From the NCBI GenBank assembly GCA_007128855.1, contig SKWQ01000002.1:4325-68324 (forward strand): 64,000 nucleotides of DNA, read 5' to 3'. Both the position numbers and the translations under genes were made by a program. Source of the stretch: Balneolales bacterium (lineage in GTDB: Bacteria > Bacteroidota > Rhodothermia > Balneolales > Natronogracilivirgulaceae). The notes under the pieces are model-generated. The model saw only the letters and a list, made by a program, of their open reading frames with translations, was not told the DNA's origin and did no database searches. Numbering within the stretch: the first letter of the stretch is position 1; each line of letters starts with the position of its first letter. Positions 1 to 10,280 of this stretch are shown here, piece after piece.

Positions 1-67
1 TGAGATGGATTAGGGTTCATGGTGACTGGCAATATGTCATTTTATCCGTTCAATTTGAACAGGGGAT

Positions 68-1003
68 TCAATCGTCATCAGGAGTATCTGCCCGCGGATG
101 GGCCGTTTTGTAGACCTTTCTCAGATGTTCCACGCTCGTCCCGGTGTAAATCTGTGTTGCGGCGAGGTCGGCATGTCCGAGGAGCTCCTTGATGACCCTG
201 ATGCCGGCTCCACGATCCAGCAAATGGGTCGCAAAACTGTGCCTGAGTACGTGCGGGCTTTTCTGGCTCACTTCGCTAACGCGTGACAGGTACAAAGAGA
301 CCTTTCTCTGGATGAGCCGGGGATAGACTCGTTTTCCGGAATCGCTCAGGAAAAGTGCCTGATGGTCATTGCGATCTGTTTTCTTGCTTACAAGCAGAGG
401 TCTTTCGGCAAGATAACCGCCGAGCGCATTTGCAGCGGGGTTCCCGAACGGGATGATCCGCTCCCGTGCACCTTTTCCAAATACCTTGACACGTTTACGG
501 TTCAGGTCAACATCAGCTGCGTTCAGTCCGACCAGCTCAGACAGGCGCATCCCTGTGCTGTACAGCAGTTCCATAATGGCCAGGTCCCTTTTACCGGATG
601 GTTTTTCAGTGTCGATGGATTCCATCATCAACCCCAGTTCTTCGGGACGGACCGTTTTCGGCAGGCGATGCTCTTTTTTGGGGTTCATGAGCAAATGAGC
701 CGGATTATGTCGAATCAGTCCTCTTTTAAAAGCAAACTTTAGAAATGACCGGATCGAAGCGGTTTTTCTTGCGAGTGTGGATTTGGCGGGCCTGGTGCTC
801 ATGAGAGAGCCCAACCATAGGCGTATCATTAATCTGTCTATGCGGTTGTAGTCCAGTCTTTCGGGTTCGATTTCCCATTCCGCGCAGCAGAAACGCAAAA
901 ACTGCTGTATGTCCCGCTGGTAGGCTTCCACGGTCTTAGATGAAGCATTGCGCTCAATTTCAAGGTATCTGGTAAAGCGTTCGAGCGGGAGGAAGTCACT
1001 CAT
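68..1003 (-). CDS. Tyrosine site-specific recombinase, XerC/XerD family
   Basis: 311-aa ORF. The N-terminal core-binding region is 'FTRYLEIERNASSKTVEAYQRDI'. The C-terminal catalytic motifs 'HVLRHSFATHLL' and 'LLGHADLAATQIYT' are typical of XerC/XerD. Confidence 0.85.
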   Translation of the reverse strand: MSDFLPLERFTRYLEIERNASSKTVEAYQRDIQQFLRFCCAEWEIEPERLDYNRIDRLMIRLWLGSLMSTRPAKSTLARKTASIRSFLKFAFKRGLIRHNPAHLLMNPKKEHRLPKTVRPEELGLMMESIDTEKPSGKRDLAIMELLYSTGMRLSELVGLNAADVDLNRKRVKVFGKGARERIIPFGNPAANALGGYLAERPLLVSKKTDRNDHQALFLSDSGKRVYPRLIQRKVSLYLSRVSEVSQKSPHVLRHSFATHLLDRGAGIRVIKELLGHADLAATQIYTGTSVEHLRKVYKTAHPRADTPDDD

Positions 1004-1160
1004 AATCCGTCGTTCCTGTATTCATCCTACCATTAAGATAAACATTGCTATCTCATTTAAAAGCAGAAATTGTCAAAAGTTGAAAAAAAATGTGTAAGGA
1101 ACTGTTGCTACACTACTCAATAGAAGTACCTGTTATAGCTGCTTTTGTCTTAACAGCGAA

Positions 1161-1667
1161 ATGAACCAGTCAGAAATAATCGATAATGCCATGATTAAAA
1201 ATGAGAAACGCATGCAAGACCCCGCCTACAGGCAAATGGAAATAGCCGTTGGCATACTTATCAGGAACATTCTGGAAATCCGTAATGTGACGGAATGGGC
1301 AGCTTTCATGGGCTATTCCCGTTCGCATTTCTGCAGGAGTTTCACGAAGAGGTTTCATGAGAACCCCAAACTTGTGCTCCGCAGGGCGCGGCTCAGGAAG
1401 GTGTGCCGTGTCATACAGTCAGATTGGTCTGCCACTGCCTACAAGGTTGCCCTTGAGTCTGGTTTTGAGAATGACAAGGCACTGCACAAGTTTCTGCATC
1501 GCAACTTCAGGAAAGGGTTTCTATCATTGAAGGATGAGCTCAAAAGAAATGCCTTCCGGGCAAGGAAAATCATATCACATGCTTCTGAATCGGACTATGA
1601 ATACATCATCGGCGGAGGGAAGCAGGGGTCAGACCGACCTTCCTTTCCAGGTGGGCCTGGAATCTGA
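1161..1667 (+). CDS. AraC-type helix-turn-helix domain protein (stand-alone HTH)
   Basis: 168-aa ORF. 'WAAFMGYSRSHFCRSFTKRFHENPKLVLRRARL...ALESGFENDKALHKFLHRNF' matches the two-HTH AraC/XylS pattern. No obvious ligand domain. Confidence 0.6.
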   Translation: MNQSEIIDNAMIKNEKRMQDPAYRQMEIAVGILIRNILEIRNVTEWAAFMGYSRSHFCRSFTKRFHENPKLVLRRARLRKVCRVIQSDWSATAYKVALESGFENDKALHKFLHRNFRKGFLSLKDELKRNAFRARKIISHASESDYEYIIGGGKQGSDRPSFPGGPGI

Positions 1668-2915
1668 AAGACGGTCGCGAAGAACGACAAAGGCAAGTAT
1701 ATGGAACCACAATATCCCGGGGAGATACAATAATGCTGTTGATAATGGCCATTCCAGGAATTTTGCCACCCATATACGTTGAAGAAAAGCAACGACCACC
1801 ATAGTCGCTGAAATCCAAATGACAATACCGGCATCAGACGTGTGGGACGCTATCATCCCGGCACAGACCAACACCAGTACCGGCAAGACGAAAGCGGCAA
1901 AGTGCAGGAACCATGCAGCCAGGAATGGCAGGTACCGATAACGGAATCCAGCAAAGAAATTTTTCCGGAAACCCTGGAACAGTTCTGATGGATTGCTGTA
2001 CATGCGGCACCAGAGTCGGCCCGTACCGTGAAACATACGCATGGTCTTTCCGGCTTTGACCACATTTTTTGCAAGCATGACATCTTCCACGACCTGATTT
2101 TTCACGGACTCATGTCCACCTGTTGCATGATAGGTTTCACTTGTAAAGATCATGCACTGGCCGCAGGCACTTGCAAACAGCGGCTTGACTTTTTCACGCA
2201 GGATTTGATTTGGGATCCATAACGGAGCACGATAACTGTACCTGGTCGGGAGGTATGTCGCAACTGTGCTATAGACTGTGGCGACAACAGCCTTTTCCGG
2301 TATTGTTTCCATTACCTGATGCGGCCAGACAGTGGCGAAATCAAGATTATATCTGTTCAAACCTGCCATGATGGATGATATCGCATCGGGAGCCAGCCAG
2401 GTATCGGCATCCAGAAAGATGAAAACATCGCCTCTTGCATAATTTGCAAGCTGGTGACATGCCCAATTCTTTCCAAGCCATCCGTGAGGCTTATTCGCGG
2501 ATGAATGTACGAAGACCTCCCAACTGTCTGTGGAGTGAGGACCGGACCCGTGCACGGAATTGGCTTTCTTACTGAACTCAATCTGCTCGCGGAACGTCTC
2601 GGCAATAATTCCGGTACGGTCCTCAGACTGATCATCCAGGATGTGCACCTCCAATCGGGGCCAGTCCTGCTGCTGAAGGCTTTCCAACAATTTCGGCAAA
2701 TTTCGTTCTTCGTTTCTTGCCGGTATTAGAACGGATACCAGCGGTTGCGGGTCCCGTGTATCCGGATCACAGGATGATCCCGGCCCATCGAACACCTTGT
2801 CCCCAATCATAGCGGCCAGACCCGGAAAATGTCTGTGGTTGTGAACGATAATGAGCGTTGTGATGATAAAAAAAAGCAGGCCTGGAATCAGCAAAGCGAG
2901 CAGAAGGACATCCAT
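1629..2915 (-). CDS. Glycosyltransferase family 2, membrane-anchored
   Basis: 428-aa ORF. It has an N-terminal TM helix, then 'VSVLIPARNEERNLPKLLESLQQQDW...HILDDQSEDRTG' and 'FLDADT' (DxD), and C-terminal TM helices. Confidence 0.8.
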   Translation of the reverse strand: MDVLLLALLIPGLLFFIITTLIIVHNHRHFPGLAAMIGDKVFDGPGSSCDPDTRDPQPLVSVLIPARNEERNLPKLLESLQQQDWPRLEVHILDDQSEDRTGIIAETFREQIEFSKKANSVHGSGPHSTDSWEVFVHSSANKPHGWLGKNWACHQLANYARGDVFIFLDADTWLAPDAISSIMAGLNRYNLDFATVWPHQVMETIPEKAVVATVYSTVATYLPTRYSYRAPLWIPNQILREKVKPLFASACGQCMIFTSETYHATGGHESVKNQVVEDVMLAKNVVKAGKTMRMFHGTGRLWCRMYSNPSELFQGFRKNFFAGFRYRYLPFLAAWFLHFAAFVLPVLVLVCAGMIASHTSDAGIVIWISATMVVVAFLQRIWVAKFLEWPLSTALLYLPGILWFHILAFVVLRDRLSDSRPTWKGRSV

Positions 2916-2920
2916 TGAGT

Positions 2921-3373
2921 TCAGTTGATGGTTTCATTTCCCTTCAGGAACAGGGATCGGTCACTTCCAAGATATTCACTGTCGAAGATCATACCTGCAA
3001 CCCAATCCTTTACATCAGGAACATCGGTTACCTCATGGTCAAGCCTGAGCATTGCGTATTCTATCAGGCGTTCCATTCGACGGGCGTCCAGAATACCCAG
3101 ATAATAAAGTTCAAGTATGTATCCGTATGCTTCGGGGGATATGCGGGTACGTTCATTGGGATGAAGCACCCTGGGCACTGGCAATTTTTCCAGGCCATTA
3201 TTGTTGGCGGCGAGATCACCGGATTCATGTTTCTGGATCAGCCAGGAATAAGCGGCGCTGATTTCGGAATTGTTGTAACCCCGCAGCTTGTCGAGTTTAA
3301 TATCCTTCAGCTGAGCACCTATGTGCATCCTTTTGACCAGGTAAATGATAAGGTCGACAACGTTGTTTTGCAT
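2921..3373 (-). CDS. Smg-like protein (DUF494 family)
   Basis: 150-aa ORF. The N-terminal 'VVDLIIYLVKRM' and central 'RVLHPNERTRISPEAYGYILELYYLGILD' resemble the E. coli Smg pattern (RIYTPEE...GFLLFLEQ). Its start abuts the ybeY stop. Confidence 0.5.
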   Translation of the reverse strand: MQNNVVDLIIYLVKRMHIGAQLKDIKLDKLRGYNNSEISAAYSWLIQKHESGDLAANNNGLEKLPVPRVLHPNERTRISPEAYGYILELYYLGILDARRMERLIEYAMLRLDHEVTDVPDVKDWVAGMIFDSEYLGSDRSLFLKGNETIN

Positions 3374-3808
3374 TCAAGAGTCCTGAAAAAACTTAATGTA
3401 TTTATTCTCCAGTGCATGCATTTGATCGCGTTGGAAATCGGTGGTATCTACATGGCCGACCAGATGCAACAGTCCATGTATCACAACACGCAGCACTTCG
3501 GTTTTAAATCGGGTATTCAATTCCTGTGATTGACGCTTAATCTGGGTTATGCAACAAAAAAGGGTTCCCTCTACAGGGGCATTGTCATCATGATAAGGAA
3601 ATGTTATGATATCTGTAACGTAGTCATGGCCAAGATACCTGCTGTTTATTTCCAGAATTTCATTGTCATCGACAAAAACTACTTCGACGCGGTAAAAATT
3701 CCTGTTTTCACGCTCCTGGATCAATTCAATGACATATACCAGTTCCTCTTTACCGAAAGGGATGGATTCCGCAGTCTGATTGAAGATCTCAAAGGTGCCT
3801 TTATTCAT
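3374..3808 (-). CDS. ybeY: rRNA maturation endoribonuclease YbeY
   Basis: Zinc-binding motif 'HGLLHLVGHVD'. The ORF is open to 3886, but the internal Met at 3808 gives a typical ~145-aa YbeY, so the start is uncertain. Confidence 0.85.
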   Translation of the reverse strand: MNKGTFEIFNQTAESIPFGKEELVYVIELIQERENRNFYRVEVVFVDDNEILEINSRYLGHDYVTDIITFPYHDDNAPVEGTLFCCITQIKRQSQELNTRFKTEVLRVVIHGLLHLVGHVDTTDFQRDQMHALENKYIKFFQDS

Positions 3809-3851
3809 CCTGGGAGAGCTGAATAGTGTCTGGTCTGACAAAGGGGACGTC

Positions 3852-4328
3852 TCAGTCCTCGTCAAAGTTGAACCCCTCGAAACCAATCGATTCCGTGAGG
3901 GACAGTGCCACGCTGCACATCATGACCTCGGGAGGCAGCAGGGTGAAATCACCGCTCATAAGGGACTCACTAACATTCGCATACAGACTGCATCCAGCTT
4001 CTTTTTCCACAATCAACCCTGATATTTTGGAACCGTCTTTACCAAAAAACGTGATTTGATGGAGGATATCGCTGGCTACAAACGCGGTGCAATTGTGCAG
4101 CTGGAGAAAGGTGTCTTGTGTGAAGACCGATATCAGGTTGACGGGTTCATCATCGATCAGAAGGCCTATGTGTATCTCCAGGGCCATCTTTCGCCGGGTT
4201 TCCTGATCGGCGATCTCAAAGCGGTACACATTTCCGCTCTTTTTGGGTTCCGTTCCAAGAACCCTGGCAATTGTGGATATATTCTCCTCGGTAAATTTAT
4301 GAATCATCACGGATTGGGAGTTTGACAA
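3852..4328 (-). CDS. Hypothetical protein (158 aa)
   Basis: Clean ORF co-directional with and just upstream of ybeY. No recognisable motif. Confidence 0.5.
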   Translation of the reverse strand: MSNSQSVMIHKFTEENISTIARVLGTEPKKSGNVYRFEIADQETRRKMALEIHIGLLIDDEPVNLISVFTQDTFLQLHNCTAFVASDILHQITFFGKDGSKISGLIVEKEAGCSLYANVSESLMSGDFTLLPPEVMMCSVALSLTESIGFEGFNFDED

Positions 4329-4396
4329 GGCAGATTAATTGCTGCGTCAGGCATGCCATGTAATATAACGCTCAAAGGGGAATATTGGAACAGTGA

Positions 4397-7360
4397 TTAC
4401 TCGCCAAACATCCGGCTCACCCTGTGTCTGTTTTCTTCACGGTCACGCGGAAACGGCAGGCGCTGATCGGAAACATCCGCAATGAAATCAGCGACAGCGA
4501 CAGCTTCCTCATCCATGTCGTTCATAAAATATATCCGCTGCAGGATCATGTACCGGCTTGTCTCGAAAGATAGTTCACGGACCAGCTGCTGCCTATCGCG
4601 GTTCAGTGTCTGGATACGATTTTGAAGCTCCCTTCGCCGGCGGGTGTCCATGCGGGATCCGCCATCGTCAATACGCTGTTCGACCCTTGAAATTTCCGCT
4701 TCAATACTGTCCAGATCTCGTAAAAAGGACCGAAAAGCGATGTCAAGGTCTCGGCGGGACTTTTCCGCCAGGGCCAGGGCACGATCATTGACACCCACCT
4801 GGGCATAGCGGTAGGCATAGTTGAGGATGGACGTCGGGTCTCCTTCAATGGAGGTGAAGGGGATGTGCGCTTCCCCCCATTTGAGCCAGTAGGCCGCACT
4901 GTCCGGTTGCCCGCCTTCCAGAAATGTGGAGGCTTGCCGGTTGATGATCGTACGGTAATTATCCATCATCCGGCGGATATTTTCATCGAAATAGGCCCTT
5001 TCGTTGTTGATCTCCCGCAATCGGAATGATTTGAGCCGTTTACCGTGGATTTCGGTGTCGATTTCATTGCCCGTGCGGAAGGGCATGACCCGGAACGCTT
5101 TTCCTTCCAGCCGGAAATAGTCCTGAAGGTTCATCTGTGCATCCCTGGCGACCGTAGTGGAGAAATAGACAGGGCGCACCCATCGATTCGTCCTGAGGAT
5201 TTCAAGAACCATATCGTCCTGAATTCGCGTGTAATGCATCTCGTTGCCATCCCTGTCACGCCCAAGAAAGATACCTTCCAGATGCCAGGTCACCTCGTCA
5301 TCAAGATACTCAAGCGGAACGCCAAAGCCCATATCTTCTGGAACATCCTCTGGTGCCCAGGGGAAATCAACCTCCCCGGCCTGGACCTGCCTGAGGAATT
5401 CCCGATCAACCGGAATGGAGATATTGCCGGGACGGTGGAAGTCGGATGCGCGCCGGAACTGGAATTTTTCGTTGAGCCTGTCGACTTCGGCGTCGGTAAG
5501 GTCGATCGGGACCGGTGGCGCCTCATGACTCCGCAGGTTTTTCATCTGCTTGATATACCACTCGGTGTTCAACAGGCTCAGGTTCACCACCCTGACATCT
5601 GTCCTCAACCCCTCGACCTCCTGCAGGTACCAGAGCGGGAAGGTGTCGTTGTCGCCATTGGTAAACAGAATGGCATAGGGAGCGGTGCTGTTCAGCAGAT
5701 TGTAGGCGTAGTCAGGAGCGACATAACGCAAACTCCTGTCGTTATTTTTGTAAGTCTGCGTTCCAACAAGCACGGGTAGGGCTAGTATGGATACAGCAAG
5801 CACCCCGTAGGCTGCGTACTGATTGGATTTGAGGTACTGTTTGACCAGTTCCACAAGACCGGCAGCGCCTATGCCGATCCAGATAGAGAAAGCAAAGAAC
5901 GAGCCCGTGTACGAATAATCACGCTCTCTGGGCTGAAATGGTGTCTGATTGAGATAGGCCACAATGGCCAGTCCTGTGGCCGTGAAAAGCACAAGGACAC
6001 CCAGGGCCCGTTTCCAATCTTTTCTGAAATGGAAGAACATGCCAATGAGCCCGACTGCAAACGGGAAAAAGAAGAACCGGTTGTGGGCTCGATTGTGGGT
6101 ATGATCGCTTTGGCCGAAGCCCGATATCCACCTTGCATCCTGCAGATCGCTGTCCCGGCCGATGAAATTCCAGGCAAAGTACCTGAGGTACATATGGTTG
6201 ACCTGGTAGCTCAGGAAAAAGTGCAGGTTATTTCGGTACTGGGCATATTTTTGTTGGTGCCTTTGGTCGGGCGAGTAGCGTCTCGGGAATAGCGACGGGT
6301 TGCCCCGGTCGATTCCGCCTATTTCGTTGCTGTAGCTCTCTCCGCGAAGCAGTGGTTGCTGCCCGTACTGTTCCCGTTTCAGGTAGCTTATGAATGCATC
6401 TACAGTATCAGGAGAGTTCTGGTCGATGGCCGGATTTACCTGCGAGCGGACATAGATCATGGAGTAGCTGGAGTAGCCTATCAATATCAACAGATATCCC
6501 AGCAGTACAATATTGGCTGTACGGTGGTTTTTTTTGTGTGTATAGTAAATACCATATACAATCAACCCGCCAAACAGTACCAGGAAAGCCAGCGGGCCAA
6601 GCATTCCACCGGTCACATTGGCAAACGATCCGGCCAGTGCCGGTAGTTGGATGATCGTCAGGGGGTAGATGAGGAAGAATATGCCGATCGTGATGGCCGA
6701 AGCGATGGAAAAAGAGGTGATCTGGAACTCATACTTCTTGAAGTAGATGATCAGTCCAACGAAAAAGATGGCCAGCAGGCTCAGAAGGTGGACCCCAAAG
6801 GCGAGCCCGAACAGGAAGGTGATGAGCAGCAGCCAACGTTCATTTCGCAGGTTGCTGTGGGACTCTGACCACTTGAGCACCAGCCAGACCACCAGGGCCG
6901 TAAACGTGAGGGAGAGGGCATAGGTTTCCGCCTCTATGGATGTAAACCAGTGGCTGTCGGTGACGGAAAAGGTAAGTGCACCGATCAGGCCTCCGCCGTA
7001 CATTCCGATCCGGTCGATGACCGGATATCCATCGACATCATAACCGCGAAATTCCCGGATAAACCGTACGATGATGAGATACAGAAGCGTGATGGTGGTG
7101 GCTGAAGCCAGGGCACTCATCAGGTTGATCATGTATGCGGCGGAGAGTGGACCGGCAAACATGGAAAAAACGCGCCCAAGAAGGAGATAGAACGGAGTAC
7201 CGGGTGGATGTGGAATCTGAAGTCCATAGGCACAGGCAATCCTTTCGCTGCAGTCCCAGAAACTGGCTGTCGGAGGAAGGGTGAGTACATAGAGTATCAG
7301 GGCAGTAAGAAAGGCGAACGCAGCAAAGGCCTTGTTGAGCGATTTATGATCCGTCGGCAT
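4397..7360 (-). CDS. Large polytopic membrane protein, DUF2723 / GT-C-like glycosyltransferase family, with soluble C-terminal helical domain
   Basis: 987-aa ORF. The N-terminal ~550 aa has many TM helices with a 'SFWDCSERIACAYGLQIPHPPGTPFY' loop typical of DUF2723/PMT-like proteins. The C-terminal ~400 aa is soluble and helical or coiled. Confidence 0.65.
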   Translation of the reverse strand: MPTDHKSLNKAFAAFAFLTALILYVLTLPPTASFWDCSERIACAYGLQIPHPPGTPFYLLLGRVFSMFAGPLSAAYMINLMSALASATTITLLYLIIVRFIREFRGYDVDGYPVIDRIGMYGGGLIGALTFSVTDSHWFTSIEAETYALSLTFTALVVWLVLKWSESHSNLRNERWLLLITFLFGLAFGVHLLSLLAIFFVGLIIYFKKYEFQITSFSIASAITIGIFFLIYPLTIIQLPALAGSFANVTGGMLGPLAFLVLFGGLIVYGIYYTHKKNHRTANIVLLGYLLILIGYSSYSMIYVRSQVNPAIDQNSPDTVDAFISYLKREQYGQQPLLRGESYSNEIGGIDRGNPSLFPRRYSPDQRHQQKYAQYRNNLHFFLSYQVNHMYLRYFAWNFIGRDSDLQDARWISGFGQSDHTHNRAHNRFFFFPFAVGLIGMFFHFRKDWKRALGVLVLFTATGLAIVAYLNQTPFQPRERDYSYTGSFFAFSIWIGIGAAGLVELVKQYLKSNQYAAYGVLAVSILALPVLVGTQTYKNNDRSLRYVAPDYAYNLLNSTAPYAILFTNGDNDTFPLWYLQEVEGLRTDVRVVNLSLLNTEWYIKQMKNLRSHEAPPVPIDLTDAEVDRLNEKFQFRRASDFHRPGNISIPVDREFLRQVQAGEVDFPWAPEDVPEDMGFGVPLEYLDDEVTWHLEGIFLGRDRDGNEMHYTRIQDDMVLEILRTNRWVRPVYFSTTVARDAQMNLQDYFRLEGKAFRVMPFRTGNEIDTEIHGKRLKSFRLREINNERAYFDENIRRMMDNYRTIINRQASTFLEGGQPDSAAYWLKWGEAHIPFTSIEGDPTSILNYAYRYAQVGVNDRALALAEKSRRDLDIAFRSFLRDLDSIEAEISRVEQRIDDGGSRMDTRRRRELQNRIQTLNRDRQQLVRELSFETSRYMILQRIYFMNDMDEEAVAVADFIADVSDQRLPFPRDREENRHRVSRMFGE

Positions 7361-7544
7361 CGTATGGTTTGTTTGTAAAGAAGTGGAAAATTCCCAAATT
7401 TGCAGGATCTGTCACAGCTTACAATAATAGGAAGAGCTGATCCATTTATCAAAGCACATTTTATCTATTTCTATGGCAATTCCATCGATTTTTCCAGCCG
7501 GTTCAACCGCTCCCGTCCCGGTGTCAGCGGAAGGACACAAAAGC

Positions 7545-10145
7545 ATGGTTACCTCCCAAAACGCAAAAGCGGGATCTTCAGGAGGCGGAAAGGTTTCCAT
7601 AACCCGTAATAACGCAGTTCTGCCCGCGATTATTTTTGCAGTTCTGCTTACTGCGTCCTGTACCACGCTGTTTATTGAGGATGTGTACGATGAGCGCACG
7701 GAAGCGCAGGAGGGATGGGTGGTTCCCGATGGCCCCATGCAGGTGCTGCGAGAACGCACCTGGGACCTGCAGCACCAAAAGCTCAAGGTACGCTTTCAGT
7801 TCGATAATGAGCAGGTGATCGGCGAGACGGAGATGTTCTTCACCAGCAAGGGATCTCAGTCGGAGTTGATACTTGATGCAAAAACCATGAATTTCGACTC
7901 CCTGTTCGATGTGCGGACCGGCCGAAATTTTTCTTATGCCCAGGATTCAGCTATCGTTACCGTACAACTTGACCATGAGTACCAGGAAGGGGACACCCTC
8001 ATCCTGGGAATTTCCTTTGTCTCCACACCCCCACAGCGTGGACTTTATTTTGTAAACCCGAGAGGGGAAGATCCCGTTAAACCGACACAGGTATGGACCC
8101 TGGGGCAGCCGGAAGACAACAGCTTCTGGTTTCCGACCATTGACCATCCGGCTGAACGGGCCACGCAAGAGACCTGGATATCGGTTCCGGATCGGTTTCA
8201 GACCCTGTCAAACGGCCTGTTGCTCGACAGCAGGGTCCTGCCGGGAGATTCCCTGCGGACAGACTACTGGAGGTTGCACCAGCCACACGCACCCTATCTG
8301 TTCGTGCTTGCGGTAGGCGAATATGAGGTTGTGGAAGAAAAGAAGGGGGACTTGCTCTATCGTTACTATGTCGAATCAGATTTTTTGCAAACAGTAGATT
8401 TAATTTACAAAAATACCGTTGATATGGTTCAATTTTCGGAGCAGGTCACAGGGGTTCCGTATCCCTGGGATCCGGTATATGCCCAGGCTCCGGTCCATGA
8501 TTTCATAGCGCGCGGGATGGAAAACACTACGGCAACCTTGCTCTATGATGCCGTGCAGTTCGATCTGAGGGCCGCTCAGGATTTGTCCAACCAGGACCTG
8601 ATCATGCATGAGATCATCCACCAGTGGTTCGGCAATCTTGTCACTTGCAAAGACTGGGCCAATCTTCCTCTTAATGAGGGTTTTGCGAACTACTTTGAAT
8701 CAGCATACCGCCTGCACAATGACGGTCGCGATGAGTATCTGTGGAAAAACCACAACGATCGCCTTCGTTATTTTACCGAGGCCGAACGCTATCGACGTCC
8801 CGTCATCTTTTACAGGTACACCATTCCTGAGGACATGTATGACCGCCACACCTATCAAAAGTCCGGACAGGTGTTGCGCATGCTGCATGACTATCTGGGC
8901 GACGAACAATGGTGGAAAGGAGTCCGATTGTGGCTGGAACGCCATGCATTTGATGCCGTTGACATCTTTGATTTTCAAAGTACGTTTGAGGATGCTACCG
9001 GCCTGGATCTGTTTCCATTTATTGAACAATGGTTCCTGAAGCCGGGACATCCTTATCTGGATGTCAGCCATGAAATCTACGGAAACACGGCCGAGCTGAC
9101 GGTCCGGCAGGTGCAAGACACCACCCGTCAGCCGCTGTTCACACTCTACCCGGAGGTTCTGATCGTAACCGAAAGGGGTGAGATGAGGGAGAGAATCCGG
9201 GTGGACGGTCCCGAACACCGGTACAGTTTTGAGTCCAATTACGAGATCACGGATGTGATCATGGATCCGGAGAGGGTGCAGCTTGCCGAATACTTCCTTG
9301 ATATCTCTGTAAACTCTCTGTCGCAACGACTTCAGAGTGAATACCTTCTTGTGCGGGCCGAAGCGCTGTCCATGGCGGAGGATTTCATGGAATATCAGAC
9401 CATCAGGACATTAGTGGCCGATTTGGCAAAAGGTGATCCGTTTTGGGGCATACGGTTGACGGCATACGGCCTGCTTTCTGATTATGCCTGGCTGTATAAT
9501 CTGGCCGAAATCATTGCATATGGCTTTCATGCAACGCAAGACAATGAAGATGCATTCGAAGTTCGGGTCGAAGCATTGAACATTTTCCGCAATTTGGAAA
9601 TCCCAGACAGTACTTTGCATGATAATGTATTCAAACATATTACTTCGATGATGGCTGATACCAGCTACTTTGTTTCTGCTGCAGCAATCATTGCCGCTGG
9701 TGAACTGTTTCCCGGGAAGTCTGCTACCATGACTGAACCGTACGTAAAAATGGAATCTTACCAGGATGTCATCAAAAATGCAGTAGTTCAGTCATTGATG
9801 AATTCCGAAGAACGTTCTGGCATGGCCGTCATAGTGACATTGGCCGAAGATCCAGGAGAGCGACGATACCGTCAGCTTGCACTGGGGCACATCAGGGATT
9901 CTGCACGTCACTTGCAGCAATCGGAAAAGGTCCTGGTGGAAGGTTTGGTTGGCAGGGTCATTCACGACCCAATAAGGGAATACAGGCTGATTGCTTATGA
10001 AACAATTGGGGAATTGGGTGCCGTTGCCTATCTGCAAGAGTTACAAAAGATCATTGATGAGGGAAAACCGGACAAGGAAGAACGCCGTGCCATCAAGGAC
10101 GTGATCAGGATACTGGAATACAACAAGACCATCGACGCGAACTGA
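7545..10145 (+). CDS. M1 family zinc aminopeptidase (aminopeptidase N-like), probable lipoprotein
   Basis: 'GMENTT' exopeptidase motif plus 'HEIIHQWFGNLVT' and 'NEGFANYFE' (HExxH-x18-E). A lipobox-like 'LLTASC' lies near the N-terminus. The ORF is open from 7473; the Met at 7545 is preceded by GGAAGGA. Confidence 0.9.
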   Translation: MVTSQNAKAGSSGGGKVSITRNNAVLPAIIFAVLLTASCTTLFIEDVYDERTEAQEGWVVPDGPMQVLRERTWDLQHQKLKVRFQFDNEQVIGETEMFFTSKGSQSELILDAKTMNFDSLFDVRTGRNFSYAQDSAIVTVQLDHEYQEGDTLILGISFVSTPPQRGLYFVNPRGEDPVKPTQVWTLGQPEDNSFWFPTIDHPAERATQETWISVPDRFQTLSNGLLLDSRVLPGDSLRTDYWRLHQPHAPYLFVLAVGEYEVVEEKKGDLLYRYYVESDFLQTVDLIYKNTVDMVQFSEQVTGVPYPWDPVYAQAPVHDFIARGMENTTATLLYDAVQFDLRAAQDLSNQDLIMHEIIHQWFGNLVTCKDWANLPLNEGFANYFESAYRLHNDGRDEYLWKNHNDRLRYFTEAERYRRPVIFYRYTIPEDMYDRHTYQKSGQVLRMLHDYLGDEQWWKGVRLWLERHAFDAVDIFDFQSTFEDATGLDLFPFIEQWFLKPGHPYLDVSHEIYGNTAELTVRQVQDTTRQPLFTLYPEVLIVTERGEMRERIRVDGPEHRYSFESNYEITDVIMDPERVQLAEYFLDISVNSLSQRLQSEYLLVRAEALSMAEDFMEYQTIRTLVADLAKGDPFWGIRLTAYGLLSDYAWLYNLAEIIAYGFHATQDNEDAFEVRVEALNIFRNLEIPDSTLHDNVFKHITSMMADTSYFVSAAAIIAAGELFPGKSATMTEPYVKMESYQDVIKNAVVQSLMNSEERSGMAVIVTLAEDPGERRYRQLALGHIRDSARHLQQSEKVLVEGLVGRVIHDPIREYRLIAYETIGELGAVAYLQELQKIIDEGKPDKEERRAIKDVIRILEYNKTIDAN

Positions 10146-10280
10146 TCTTTCATTGCAGCATTGCATGGGGCCGATTCCCATATCAATAAAAGTCGCATAA
10201 TTAATATTATGTAAAGTCATATTATATCATAATCAGCTTTTTTTTAAATCGATCCTCGCATAGGGTGTTTTCCCCTCCCC

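Noticed and set aside
68-1003. The tyrosine recombinase as the integrase of a mobile element or genomic island.
   Set aside because: Its sequence looks like housekeeping XerC/XerD (size and both catalytic boxes). I saw no flanking direct repeats, tRNA target, or phage/conjugation genes within the window. The left flank is outside the window, so this is not fully excluded.
1629-1667. A 39-nt convergent overlap between the AraC-like gene and the GT2 gene, possibly pointing to a mis-called gene.
   Set aside because: Both ORFs have family motifs well away from the overlap. The AraC-like C-terminal tail is unstructured (Gly/Pro-rich). Convergent 3' overlap of this size is plausible and not evidence of a frameshift.
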